A stretch of 63,765 bases of DNA, filler included, from Chrysochromulina tobinii (taxonomy: Eukaryota), in assembly GCA_001275005.1 (NCBI GenBank). It is 5 parts of 5 records of this genome, joined end to end, with 100 filler letters (N's around TTAATTAATTAA, not from the genome) between each part and the next. Parts side by side here need not be neighbours in the genome. Positions count along the whole stretch, not along the records: positions 18,505 to 30,456 come from JWZX01001199.1; positions 30,557 to 43,854 come from JWZX01001200.1; 3 more parts are not named here. One strand, 5' to 3'. Positions 20,091 to 31,192 of this stretch are shown in pieces; within the stretch, counting starts at the first letter, position 1, and the number at the start of each line of letters is the position of its first letter. Position numbers and translations under genes: made by a program. Below the pieces are notes generated by a model that did no database searches, was not told the origin of the DNA, and worked only from the letters and a program-made list of their open reading frames with translations.

Positions 20091-23000
20091 TCATGCAGCG
20101 ATCTTACGCATGGGCGCCGGCTTGCCGAGCGCGCCCGCCGCCGCCTCCTGCTGCAGCCTCTTGGGGTCCAAGTTGGCAACCTTGGCAAGGCGTGCGATGA
20201 TCACCTCCTTGGTGCCAGTTTCCGCGACTTCGTACAGGCCGCACAGCTGCTTCAGGTCCGCCACCTTGAGACCCTTGAGCTCCTCACGCACCTGCCGCAA
20301 TCAGAGGTCATCAGAGGTCATCAGGGGTCATCAGAGGTCATCAGAGGTCATCGGAGGTCATCGGAGGTCATCCGAGGTCATCGGAGGTCATCAGAGGTCA
20401 TCGGAGGTCATCGGAGGTCATCAGAGGTCATCAGAGGTCATCAGAGGTCATCGGAGGTCATCGGAGGTCATCAGAGGTCATCAGAGGTCATCGGAGGTCA
20501 TCAGAGGTCATCAGAGGTCATCAGAGGTCATCGGAGGTCGAGCTCCTCACGCACCCCCTTCTCGAGCGCCTCCTTCTCAGCCACCGACATGCGCTGCTTC
20601 GGCTTCATCGCGCCGCCGCCGGCGCCGCTCGTCGGGCTGCCATTCGTCGCGCCGGGCATGTTCTCCTGCTCGGTGGCGGTGGCGGCGCTCTTGCCGAGCG
20701 ACACGCGCGGCGAGGGCTGCACCAAGCCCGTCTGCGACGTGCGCGCCGTCCCGGGCGACTTGACGGCCTTGATCGAGAGGCGACGCGTCGGCTGCACCAT
20801 CACCGTCTCGTGCGTCTCGAGCGGCTTGGGGCCGTTGGCCTCGTAGTGCCTTCGCAGCGTCTCCTCGTCGGCCGTCTTGGCGAGTGGCTCATTGAAGGGC
20901 AGCGGCGAGCGCTCCGGCACCGGCACGGGCTCGTCCGAGGAGGCCGCCACGAAGGCCTCAACACTTGAGCTCATTGCGCTCGTCGTGGCCGTCTGCGCGG
21001 CGAGGCTCGCCGCCTGGGCCTCGGCGGCGCTCTCGGCAGCCGCCGCGCGCGCGCGCGCGATCGCCGCGGCAGCCTCCATGTGGGCGCTCGCAGCGGCGGC
21101 GGCGGCGGTCGCGTGCTCCGCGGTCCTGGCCGCCGCCGCGGCACGCGCGCTCGTCTCGGCGGAGGCATGGCTCGTCATCAACGTGTCATGCTTCTCAGCG
21201 GCGGCCGCTGCGGCCGCCACGATCGCCGCCGCCGTCTCGACGTGCTTTGCCGTGGCGGCGCCGCCGAGGGCGATGGCGCTCGCGAGCTCCGATGAGACGC
21301 TCGCGGCGGCGCGCTCAGCGGATGTCGAGATGGACACGAGGGCCGCCGCCTCATTCTTACGCGCAGCCTCGCTCGCCTCGCCGATGCCCTCGAGCGCCGT
21401 CCCGAGCGCCTCACTGGCGGCATTCGACGCCGCCTCGATCGCCGCCAGGGCGGCGCCTCCCGACTTGACGGTCTCGATGCCGCAGCTGATGGACGCGTCC
21501 GCAGCTCCGCTGAGCTCGATGAGCTGCCCGATCTCGGCGTCGATCTCCGAGATAGCGAGCGCCTGCTCGGCCGTGGACACCTGGCTCTCTCCGATGGCCT
21601 CGTTTTGCATCTCGACCGCCCTGCCGAGCGCGCTGCGGCACTCGGCGTCGGAGGCGGCCCACGACCTCGTCGTGCACGCGAGGCTCTCATGGGCCACTTC
21701 GAGCGCCGCACCGCCCTCGGCGATCTGCGTCGTGGTCGTGTCCGCCGCATCGATCGCCTTCCCAATCTCGACGCCCACGGCCCTGCTCGCCTCGCCCCAC
21801 GTCGTGGTCACCTGCAGCAGCGCCGCCGTCTGCGCCGCCGCAGACTCATTTGCCACGGTGACGCCCATCTTGGTAGCCGTGGCGGCCGAGATGAGCTCGG
21901 ACGCCTGCTCGACCGCCACCTCGACCCCGGCGCTCGCGCGCTTGGCGAGCGCGCTCAGCGACTCCTCGAGCTTCGCCTGGACCACCGCCATCACGTCGGC
22001 CATCAGCGCCGTCCTGAGCGCCGACTGCTCCTGGAGCAGCTCGCGCAGCCCTTCTTGCTGCGCCGCAAGCTTGGCAGCGGCCGCCTCGGCCTCGAAGACC
22101 CGCGCCGCCGCCGCTGCGTCCGCCGCTGCGCGCGACTTGGCCAGCATCGTCGCCGTCGTCGCCGACGCGTCGCTCGCCTGCTGCGCCTGCCGGGCAGCCT
22201 CGAGGGTCGCGCGCTGCATCGCAATCGTGCCCGACGCTTGCTCGTGCGCCGCGTTCAGGAGGGCGGCGGCGTCGGCGAGGCCCTCGAGCATCGCGCCGTC
22301 CTGCTGCTGCTCGTGCTGCGTGGTGCTCGCGAGCTCGATGGCCGCAACGATCGCGGCCATGCGCTCGGTGGCCGCCGCGCCGTTGGCACTCTCGTGCTTC
22401 GTGAGCGACGCGAGCGCCTCGCGAGCACGCTGCTCGAGCTCGTGCCCGCGGCGCACCTCGGCGAGCAGCGTGCGCATCGCCGCCGCATGCGTCTCGAGCC
22501 GGGCGCGCTCCGCCTGTAGCCGCGTCCCCGCGTCCACCGCCGCTTGCTTGATGGCGTCCGAAAGGGCCGCCCGGTCCGCTTTCGCCTTCTGCTCCGTCGC
22601 CGACTGGCGGCCGACGGAGGTGTCGACGCTCGTGCTGAGCGCGGCTTGAGCGGCGCCGATGGCGTCCACGACCTTGCCGAGGCGCGTCGCCACATCGCCC
22701 TGTGCTTTCTGGGCCGCCTCCTTGCATGCATTCACATCGGAGGTGAGCCGTTCACAGGTCTCCTGGAGCGACGAGCCAGTGGCCTCCCGCACCTGCGCGA
22801 GCGCGCGGTCGGCACGCGTGCGCTCGGCGGCGCCCACGGAGGCCATCGCGGCCGCGTGCGATCCGATCGCGCCTGCATGCTGCGCGAGAGTGGAGTCCCC
22901 TTCGGTGGCCGTCTGCAGGCGCGTTGCACGCTCCTCTTCGAGCTCCATCGACAGAGCGCTCAGCCCGGCGCGTGCGGCCGCGAGGTGCTCCACGAGCGTC

Positions 23001-24798
23001 TCGTGGAAGGCGGCGCGGCGCTCCGTCTGCGCGTCGATCTGGCGCGCGGCGTCGTGCAGCTTGTCGTGCAGGCCCTGTGCCTCGCTCTCGGTGTCCGCAA
23101 GGCTCTGTAGCAGCTTCCGAGCCTGCTTCGAGAGCCGACTTTCCGTGCTCGCGCGGCTCGAGAGCAAAAACTCTTGCAGCTTGAGCTCATTCTCCTTGAG
23201 CTCGAGCTCGTTCGAGAGCTTCTCGCACTCCTCGGTCTTCTCGCCGAGCTCCCGAATCTTCTCGTTCCGCTCGCTCTCGGCCAGGAAGGCACGCTTCTCC
23301 AGCTCCTCCTGCTCCAGGTGCTTCTTGGCAAGCATCGCCGTCGCCTCGTTCTTCTGGTTCTCCAGGTACGCCACGCGCGCGAGCATGGTCGACCAGTCCT
23401 GCATCGACTTGCCGTCGCCCACACCCTCGGCGTCCACACCCACGCCGCGGTGACCTGCCCCCGGCGCGCCCACTGTCAAGTACGACGTGGCCACGGGCTT
23501 GTTCTGGAGGCCGTGCGCCTGCTGTGCGTACGTGAGCGTGGACGTGGACTCTTCGACGGCGAGCACGGAGGGTGAGAGGGTCGCGATGATGACCGTCTTC
23601 GAGCGTCCGCCGAGTGATTCCTGCAGCAGGCGCGTGAGCTTCGAGTCGCGGTACGGGATGCGCACCGAGTCGAGGCTAGTCTTGTTGGTCATGCAGTCGC
23701 GCAGTGTCGAGATCACACGGCCGAGCGTGAGCAGCGACTGGTTGATGTTGCGCCGCTCCGCCTCGCGCGACTTGTGTGCGAGGTCGGTCTTGCCCGCAGT
23801 GGGCTCGAGGCCGGCCGTGCGCGCGCACTCGGAGCCAGCGAGGTCGACCAGGTGCAGCTTGCCCTTGCACTCCATCGAGCCGCCATCCGAGGTGACGCGC
23901 GTCGAGGCGACCGTGAGTGTGAAGACGCAGTGCGAGCGGCTAGAGGTCTTATTCATGCGCGTCTCACCCACCTGCCGGCGCTGCTGCGCGAGCCGAATCA
24001 GGTGCAGCACGTCATTCGCCGTGAGCACCTTGTGCGACGACAGGTTGTGCACGTGCACACGCCCGCGGTCGCCTTCCTTTTTGGGTGGCTCCTCAGCGAT
24101 CATGAGCTTGGCGCCATACGCCTGCGCAGGCTCGGCCGCGCCGCTCTTGGCGCCCGAGGAGTTCGGCCGTGGCGTCGCGACTGGCTTTGGGTCCTCATCG
24201 ACGAGCAGGTCGGTGAGCTCCTCGTTGTAGATCTCGAGGTACTGCGCGTGGACCGTGTACGATGAATACTTCGGGTCCCTGAGCTGGTCGAAAATGGCCT
24301 CGACCGCGCGCGGGATGACGCCCTTGCCCTCTTCAGTCGCCAGGTTGCCCTCCATCGTGTGCGTCTTTCCCGTGCCGGTCTGGCCGTAGGCGAAGACCTG
24401 TGCGTGGTGGGGCCGGCAGCGTGGGGCGTGTCAGCTTGTGCCTCGACCATGCGGGGCCCGCCGCGCACAAAAGGGTGCAGGGATCCCCACCGCACGCAAG
24501 CTGCGTGCTCTTGGACATAGCCGGCGCTTACCGTGCCCTCGTAGCCGCAGAGCACATCGTCCACGAGTGGGCGGACCTTCTCGAAGACGTCGCGCTGCGT
24601 TGAGTAGTCTGAGAAGACCGCATCGAAGTTGTACACGGTCCGCTGCTGGCGCGCCGTGGTGCCTCCAGTCGTCTTGATCAGTGTCACCTCGTTCTTCTCG
24701 CTCGACGCGCTGAGGACCGGGAGGGTATTGTGCTTGAGCTCGCGCTCATTGAGCGGTCGCACGCGGACGGCCACTTGGATGCTCGCGGAGTCGGACAT
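20091..24798 (-). CDS. Kinesin-5 (BimC/Eg5-like) with long coiled coil and C-terminal SAP domain; 3 exons (24798-24532, 24397-20555, 20291-20091)
   Basis: IQVAVRVRP, GYEGT|VFAYGQTGTGKTHTMEG, NKTSSRSH, LVDLAGSE, INQSLLTLGRVI, IPYRDSKLTRLLQESLGG; introns 24398-24531 and 20292-20554; last exon LKVADLKQLCGLYEVAETGTKEVIIARL fits the SAP pattern. Confidence 0.9.
20301..20540. repeat. 10-bp tandem repeat (TCAGAGGTCA/TCGGAGGTCA) x24 inside kinesin intron 2
   Basis: Direct count of the decamers from 20301 to 20540. Confidence 0.97.
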
Positions 24799-25036
24799 GG
24801 TTCGCTATGTCACGCTACACTTTCCGTTTGAACGAGGCGAGTTTTTGCGGTGCAGCCGTGTTTTCTTGTCTTCCCACAGCCCGACGGACGCAGAAGTGCT
24901 CCACAGCTCGAGAGTTACATGCACATGTATGAGGGGGTTTCAAATTGCAACTTCACGATCTTCGCTACGCGACTTTCGTCCGGCATCCGCGGCAGACGCA
25001 CCGGCTTCGTCTGCGACGGGTGGGAAGGCCAAAGGG

Positions 25037-26755
25037 ATGTCCAGCTCACACGACGTCTACGTGACGCCACCGCTCGGGCCGGAGCCCTCCTCCGTCAATG
25101 CCGCTCTCATCGGGCTGCACCCGCTCCCGTCGCCTGCGCTCAAGGCTCGCGCGTCTTCGATGTTGCCTGTGCCCAAGTCTTGCTTCGTGACCGGCCAGAG
25201 CGCGCGCAGCAAGACGGCGTCGCGGCTCGCCCCGGACCGCTGGTCCGAGCTCAGCGACGATGTGTATCACCTCGTCGCCGACCACGTGCCCACGCGGGAC
25301 CTGCCGTTCCTTGCCCGCTCGAGCAAGCGCTGGCAGCACATGGTGGACCAGGCCTGGCCCGCGATCTGCGCGCGAAGGTGGCCGACACTTCGATCGCCTC
25401 TCACGATCCCAGAGAGCGTCCTGTGGGCCGTCGCAACGCGCGGTGACGAGGACGCGGCCATCAAGCGCTTCTTGCAAGTTCTGGCGGAGCTGCACCGGGA
25501 GTGGCCCGACGCCGTGAGTGTCAACTGCGATGACGCCGGCGGCATCAACAACCGTCTATGCGAGCTGCGAGGCAAGACGTCCTTGCAGCTTCCGGCGGAC
25601 GCCGCCCTCTTTTGGCTCCTCGGCGCGAGCCTCGAGGGCTCCTCGCCCGTCGCCACCACCTCGGGCGACTTTGGGCCCGAGTACGAGGAGACGACGCCGC
25701 GTGAGCCGTGGCGCGTGGCTCTTGCGTGGGAACCGCTCGGGATGCTCGTCGACGAGCCGGCGGTGGACGCCGCCGCAGGCACCCCGCAGGCCGGCGATGC
25801 GCAGCCCCTGACGCCGGTAGAGGCCTTCCAAGAGGCGGTCATTCAGATGGCGAACACGGCCGATGCGGCGGCGGCGGTGGACGGTACGGTACACGAGGAC
25901 GCCGTGGCAGAGGATGCGGCTGCCGTGGAAGGGACCGCATCGCAAGACCACAGCGAGACCGCATCGCCACGAGCGCCGGCGCGGGTGCCAGCACCCGCGC
26001 CGCCGCTGTACGAGCTGCAGAGCCTGGAGATGCTCAACGAGTTCTGGGAGGCACAGGTAGAGGACGTCATAGCGACCAACCCGGCGCTCAACCCGGCGCT
26101 CGATGCGCTCAGGGAGCAGCGCGGCGCCCACTTGCTGCAGATGGCTAACCTGGTGACCGACAAGATGGCGGGCACGTGCTCGATGCTCTTCGTCGACTGT
26201 AGGCCGCGTGCCACAAGCGTACGCAACGCGGCCGCGCCTGCCGAGGCCGGTTCCTCGGGGTCGAGCTCGGAGTCCTCCGAGGGTAAGCCCTCCGGAGCGT
26301 GGATGGTGGTCCTGTCCGGCGACGAGGACGAAGGCGACTACCGCTTCGAGTGCAACGTCAACGGCGAGCCTCTGAGCCTGACGATGCTCCTCGAGCTCAT
26401 GGTCGGTGCGCTACGCTCGCGCCCCGACTGCCGCGGGCTGCGCTGGCAGGAGGCATGGCGGCGGGTCGATTTATACGAGTACATCTGCGGCGCACTCGAT
26501 GCGCCCGAGGACGACGGCATGAGCAGCATCATGGACGATGGCGAGGGCGACTTTGACTTTGTGCACGCGGAGGATGACGAGGAGGGCGAAGAGGGCGACG
26601 ACCTAGCCAGCAACGAGGACGATTATGGTAGCGAGGACGAAGACAGCTATCCTGCCTCAATGCTCGCAGACGCGGACGATCTCGCGGACGATCCCGCCCT
26701 CGATGGGTATGATCCGGCCGGTCAGCCTGAGAGCGCTTCTGGCGATGCGATCTGA
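25037..26755 (+). CDS. F-box domain protein with acidic C-terminus
   Basis: WSELSDDVYHLVADHVPTRDLPFLARSSKRWQHMV...W..IC.RRWP is F-box-like; start codon uncertain (25037 or 25161). Confidence 0.65.
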   Translation: MSSSHDVYVTPPLGPEPSSVNAALIGLHPLPSPALKARASSMLPVPKSCFVTGQSARSKTASRLAPDRWSELSDDVYHLVADHVPTRDLPFLARSSKRWQHMVDQAWPAICARRWPTLRSPLTIPESVLWAVATRGDEDAAIKRFLQVLAELHREWPDAVSVNCDDAGGINNRLCELRGKTSLQLPADAALFWLLGASLEGSSPVATTSGDFGPEYEETTPREPWRVALAWEPLGMLVDEPAVDAAAGTPQAGDAQPLTPVEAFQEAVIQMANTADAAAAVDGTVHEDAVAEDAAAVEGTASQDHSETASPRAPARVPAPAPPLYELQSLEMLNEFWEAQVEDVIATNPALNPALDALREQRGAHLLQMANLVTDKMAGTCSMLFVDCRPRATSVRNAAAPAEAGSSGSSSESSEGKPSGAWMVVLSGDEDEGDYRFECNVNGEPLSLTMLLELMVGALRSRPDCRGLRWQEAWRRVDLYEYICGALDAPEDDGMSSIMDDGEGDFDFVHAEDDEEGEEGDDLASNEDDYGSEDEDSYPASMLADADDLADDPALDGYDPAGQPESASGDAI

Positions 26756-27002
26756 TCAAATTGTGCGCGGCGGGGGTGGCCCCAGCCGCCGGGCCCTACA
26801 CACAAAGCTAGTTGATCGAGCTCGGGTTAATCGGCATGCTGTCACTCGCGAGAAGAGACTACGCGTAGCGTTCATCAGACAACATCGAAAACTCACGTGG
26901 TACTGGGTAAAGGTTGTCTCGAGGGACGGAGGATGCGGGTGCATGACTGTGCAAGGGCGCAACGCCAACGGCGCATTCGCACGGGCCGGTTTTGTTACGA
27001 AT

Positions 27003-27671
27003 CTATTCACTGTTCTGGATGTCAGTGATGACAGCCGTCGCCAGAATTCCAAAGACAGCCTCGCCGGGAATCCCCTTTTTGATGCACATGCGATACTTGA
27101 CAGGGGCCAATGGCATTTCCGAGTAAAGGAACCTCTCTGTGTTAGCCACCTTGTCCGTCCTCCTGTCGCCATCGATCGATTCGATCTTGAATGTCCGGCC
27201 CCACAGCCAGCCCTTGCTAGAGTGCAAGACGTATTGGCCGGCGCCCATTATTGTAGTATACGGCTCCCAGAGCCCGACGGTGTCGCGGTTCACGCTACCA
27301 ATCTCCAACGAGGCCACCCGTACACCCCACTTAGCGTGCAGAGGATCGAGAAGGTTGCTTCGGACGAGTTCGGCTGATCCAGGCATGCCTTCGACAACGC
27401 CTCTGGCAGTTGCGACAGCTTGCAGCCGCCAGTGCGATGGGCGCTCGAAGGATACGATTTCGCTGCCATCGCTGGTGCTTGCGCTGTAAGTGTGCCCAAA
27501 GAGTCCTGTGATGTAGCCACGGTTCACAAAGTAGAGCGTTGAATCGTGGTGGTCACACGACGATCGCAGAATGTCCCACGCACCTGGGATGACCACAAAG
27601 ATGACCAAAAACACGGGCACCGCGATACGCAGATTGATAGGAGGCGCCGCTTCGCCGGTCTCGATCACCAT
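27003..27671 (-). CDS. Single-TM protein with a possible LURP-one/tubby-C/scramblase-like beta domain
   Basis: N-terminal TM segment, then repeated beta-hairpin-like segments (GWLWGRTFKI, YRMCIKKG) and a terminal hydrophobic helix (AVFGILATAVITD). Confidence 0.5.
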   Translation of the reverse strand: MVIETGEAAPPINLRIAVPVFLVIFVVIPGAWDILRSSCDHHDSTLYFVNRGYITGLFGHTYSASTSDGSEIVSFERPSHWRLQAVATARGVVEGMPGSAELVRSNLLDPLHAKWGVRVASLEIGSVNRDTVGLWEPYTTIMGAGQYVLHSSKGWLWGRTFKIESIDGDRRTDKVANTERFLYSEMPLAPVKYRMCIKKGIPGEAVFGILATAVITDIQNSE

Positions 27672-28355
27672 GATGGAAGGTGAAGAAGTAAATAGCTTGA
27701 GAAAGGGTCAGTTGAATCGACACACAAGGTACCGACCAGCCACTACCACACGAAACACAGGACAGACGGGCGCTGTCACCGCGGTCGCGTCGCTCGGTGG
27801 ACTAACACACCGGCGAGGATTTTCAAGGATCCGGCCCCCACCCCCCGTCCCAGCCACACTACATCTTGCACTACATCTATCGGCCCCCGTGCCGGTAGTT
27901 CGTATAACTGGCCTCCCCGTTCATGTTAATACACACAACACGTACAACAACACGTTCACAGCGGTAGACAGTTGAAACAGGCCCCTCTCGGCCAGACGAC
28001 AGTGCCGTAGCACCGGTTGTCGCGTCTGTCGTGTTAACGTTCACGTGCCCCAATCTCAAAACCACACACACTAGGGACCCGGAATGACGAAGTGGGCGAA
28101 AGGGCGACGTGCCCTCCAGTCTCACTCAGATCCACACCCGCACCCCTCAGCCCCTCAGCCCCCCCAAAACCTGCGAAGCCCTGGTGGTAGAAAACCAAAC
28201 ACGCACGCAAGCACGCAAGCACAAAAGCACCCCGCTTGGCGATTCGGCGAAGGAAGTGGCGTCTGGTACATGTACAAACGGTGTCCATTTGTGCGTGCGC
28301 AATCTCCACCAGCCAACCAACTGTTGCCCTATGCGGCGTGGGCGAAGAATGCGAA

Positions 28356-29117
28356 TCAGATCCTAAAGCGCAGCAGTTGGTCGTCGCAGCCGAGGACTTC
28401 GTCGCACGCGCCATCCAGATGTAGCCCCAGAGCTAGGGCTTCGGCGAGAACTGGGGCGACCTCCGGTATGCGCTCGACGCGTGCGATCAGCAGCACGGAT
28501 GAAGACCTGAAGCTGAACGAGGAGATTTCGTCCGTGGGCTGGCACACCAGTGTCATCTCGGGCTCATGGTAGGCCCTCTTGAGAGCGAGCCTGTCGGAGT
28601 CAGACAATGACGCGAGCAGATCAAGCGCTTGGAACGATCGCCTAAGCATCTCAGCGACTCCCAGAAATCCCACGTCGAGACCAATCCGGGACGCGATGGA
28701 TAGGCAGCGTTCCACAAACTCGGGACTGCCCACTTGCATCACGACCGAAGTCGCACGAAACGAGAACCCATGTTCCTGCGCCGCAATCGCCCGCATAACC
28801 TTCTGTTGCCAGGCACGCTTCTCAGCACGGGCAGCATCGCGCCACGCCTTGCATACGCAAGCCATGTGCACGATGTCGGCCAGTGATGGCATAGCATTGA
28901 TGAGGGGCTCCAAGACGCCGAGCTGCAGCAAACTTGAGCGACGAGCTATGTGGCAGTCAACGATGCAAGTCACTTTCAAAGTTGTCGTTGGCACCAGATG
29001 TAACTGGGTTGCAAGCAGCCGTGACCCCGACCGCGCTGGCTGCCGTGGCGCCGCGGCAGTGAATCGCGGCGTTGAGCTCGCTGCCCAAGCACTCGGTCGT
29101 AGACCGCCTCTCTTCAT
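28356..29117 (-). CDS. Possible F-box-like protein
   Basis: LEPLINAMPSLADIVHMACVCKAWRDAA is F-box-like; start uncertain. Confidence 0.4.
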   Translation of the reverse strand: MKRGGLRPSAWAASSTPRFTAAAPRQPARSGSRLLATQLHLVPTTTLKVTCIVDCHIARRSSLLQLGVLEPLINAMPSLADIVHMACVCKAWRDAARAEKRAWQQKVMRAIAAQEHGFSFRATSVVMQVGSPEFVERCLSIASRIGLDVGFLGVAEMLRRSFQALDLLASLSDSDRLALKRAYHEPEMTLVCQPTDEISSFSFRSSSVLLIARVERIPEVAPVLAEALALGLHLDGACDEVLGCDDQLLRFRI

Positions 29118-29258
29118 TCAGATGCAGACGTGCTTGCGTTGACTGGCAGAAGTGCGGGTGTCAGTCTTCGGTCACTACACACACGCGCTGTGTTGAACAG
29201 ATTTTCGCTTCCATCGCGGAACACGGGTCACATCTTTTTCGCTCCTTTTTTCTGCCGT

Positions 29259-29336
29259 GTGACGCCCAAAGTTACACGGCTGTGAACCCAACGTGAAAGG
29301 GCCAGATTACAGGACGGTATCCATCATGGAACCAGA
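29259..29336. repeat. Dispersed ~78-bp repeat, copy 1 (inverted copy at 30560-30638)
   Basis: gtgacgcccaaagttac...aacgtgaaagg...ccatcatggaaccaga matches the reverse complement of 30560-30638 with scattered mismatches. Confidence 0.8.
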
Positions 29337-29417
29337 CAGGGGGGATGCGGGAGAACCCATTGGGGGGTCTCTCCGCCGTTTATTTGTACGCCTGCGGTTT
29401 CAATTCAAAGCGCCGTC

Positions 29418-30456
29418 GTGTGCATAGGCGCCATGCGCGCCGCGAAGCTGATCGACGACAGCCAAAGCCATCCCTTCGCCGCGCAGTCCAGCTGCAGTGC
29501 TGGTGCCCTTCGCATCGACCGTCTCGTGCCTTACGGTGGACCGCACCATGGTGGCACTGAGGTCATGGTGCGCCTGTCGGGCGGCACCGGCTTTATTGAC
29601 CTGGGCGATGCCAAATGCGCCTTCGGTGGGACTGCTGTGCCTGCACAAGGCCTCAACAGCTCAGTGTTGCGCTGCACATCACCCGCAGTCGAGCTTGCAG
29701 ACGAGGAGTTGCTGGGTGCATTGCCCGCCCGCAGCACCAGTGTGAACGGACCTACGCTTCGTGCAGTGCCACTTGAGATATCCTTGGATGGTGTGGCATT
29801 CACTTCGAGTCAAAGGCTATTCACATTCTTCGACTCCAGGTTGTTTGCAAGAATAACGGCCATCGAACCCAATATTGGCCCACGATTCGGAGGCACCTTG
29901 GTCCATGTGACAGCCAGAGGGCTGGTGCCCTTTGGCACCGATCGAGCCGATGCGCCCTTGGGGTTAGCATGCATCTTTGGCGGCGTTGATTGGGTTGCTG
30001 CCAACCCAGCAGGAAGCCTCGACTACTTACACTGCCGATCGCCGTTGGAGTCAACGGTCACGGTCCTCGTGCTCATCCTCTCCGGCGACGTGTCCGACTA
30101 CACGCGGGAGGTGCGGGACCATCTAACGGTTCTCTTCGCCACGGTGGCGGGCGTGCTGCCATCGCAGGTGATGATTGACATCCAGGCGGCCTCTGTCAGG
30201 CTCCGCGTCGAGATTCGAACCCCGCGGTACCCGGCCAGCGCGGGCAGCACCGTACTCGCCCGCCTGCAGCAGGCTGGGTCGAGCTCGCCTGCGGCTCTGA
30301 CCGCTCTGATGAGATCTGTCCCTGCCCTCTCTTCGATCGCTGTCCAATCAATCGACTCTGTCCCAACTCAATTAATTGAGGCATCCTCTGTTGCATGGCC
30401 TGCGCCGCCACCGCCGCCACCATCCACCACCACCTTCGCCACCACCTCCATCGCCG
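29418..30456 (+). CDS. IPT/TIG-domain cell-surface protein fragment with SEA-like module and Pro-rich linker
   Basis: Two IPT-like repeats (P.GGP.HGGTEV.V...C.FG...LRCTSP; EPNIGPRFGGTLVHV...CIFG...CRSP), then LSGDVSDYT...ASVRLRVEI; runs into spacer. Confidence 0.65.
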
Positions 30457-30556
30457 NNNNNNNNNNNNNNNNNNNNNNNNNNNNNNNNNNNNNNNNNNNN
30501 TTAATTAATTAANNNNNNNNNNNNNNNNNNNNNNNNNNNNNNNNNNNNNNNNNNNN
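30457..30556. other. Artificial contig spacer
   Basis: 44 N + TTAATTAATTAA + 44 N. Confidence 0.98.
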
Positions 30557-30559
30557 CGA

Positions 30560-30638
30560 TCTGGTTCCATGATGGAGACCGTCCCTGTGACCTGGCACCT
30601 TCACGTTGAGTTCACAGCTGCGTAACTTTGGGCGTCAC
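30560..30638. repeat. Dispersed ~78-bp repeat, copy 2
   Basis: Reverse complement of 29259-29336, on a different contig. Confidence 0.8.
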
Positions 30639-30940
30639 GCAGCACTCAATGTCAAAAATTTCGACTGTACCCAATACATTGTACTTGTAGTTACGCTGCC
30701 ATCGATGTACGCTGCGTACATTGTATGCGGTATGGCGTACCGCACATGAAATGGCACCGTATCATTGGCATGTCCGTCAAACGCTGTGCCTTTCGGGTAA
30801 CGTACCAATACAGCCACAATTATATTTGAAATATTTTTCAATGCCGCGATTCGTTGATTGGTTCATCGACGGTCGGTCAGATTTCTTAATGGATAATGCG
30901 ACGTTCAGAGTTCGATTGCGCGACTCCCAAGGTACGTGTA

Positions 30941-31065
30941 CACAACAACAAAACTTGATTCGTAACCAAGTTCGTTACTAGGTCTGGGGTTGGTAACGAA
31001 CTACTAACCTCACTACCAACCCCTGACGTTGGTAGTGAACTACTAACGTTGGTAGTGTCGTCGGC
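30941..31065 (+). repeat. Left terminal inverted repeat (perfect part; imperfect to ~31098)
   Basis: cacaacaacaaaacttgattcgtaacc...ggtagtgtcgtcggc is the exact reverse complement of 35619-35743. Confidence 0.97.
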
Positions 31066-31192
31066 TTTTTGGTGGTTTGATCACAGTAGATTACAGTACT
31101 ATCCACACTACACAGTATTCACACTATGAGCTCATTCACGGGGGCTGCTGGCTTCCAGGAGATACACTCCGCGCCGCGCTCTCTCGCTGATC

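Noticed and set aside
20301..20540. Regular repeat array as CRISPR or telomere
   Set aside because: No unique spacers, no cas genes, and it lies inside a GT-AG intron
19516..20846. Long + strand ORFs (415 and 398 aa) with RSSEVIRGHQ repeats
   Set aside because: Antisense read-through of the kinesin last exon and the repeat intron
20877..22649. 590-aa + strand ORF and many similar antisense ORFs (e.g. 44694-46283, 8463-9791, 5365-6615)
   Set aside because: Shadow ORFs opposite real genes, expected from high GC3
29259..30638. Inverted pair as TIRs of one element capturing the IPT gene
   Set aside because: The two copies are on different contigs separated by an artificial spacer
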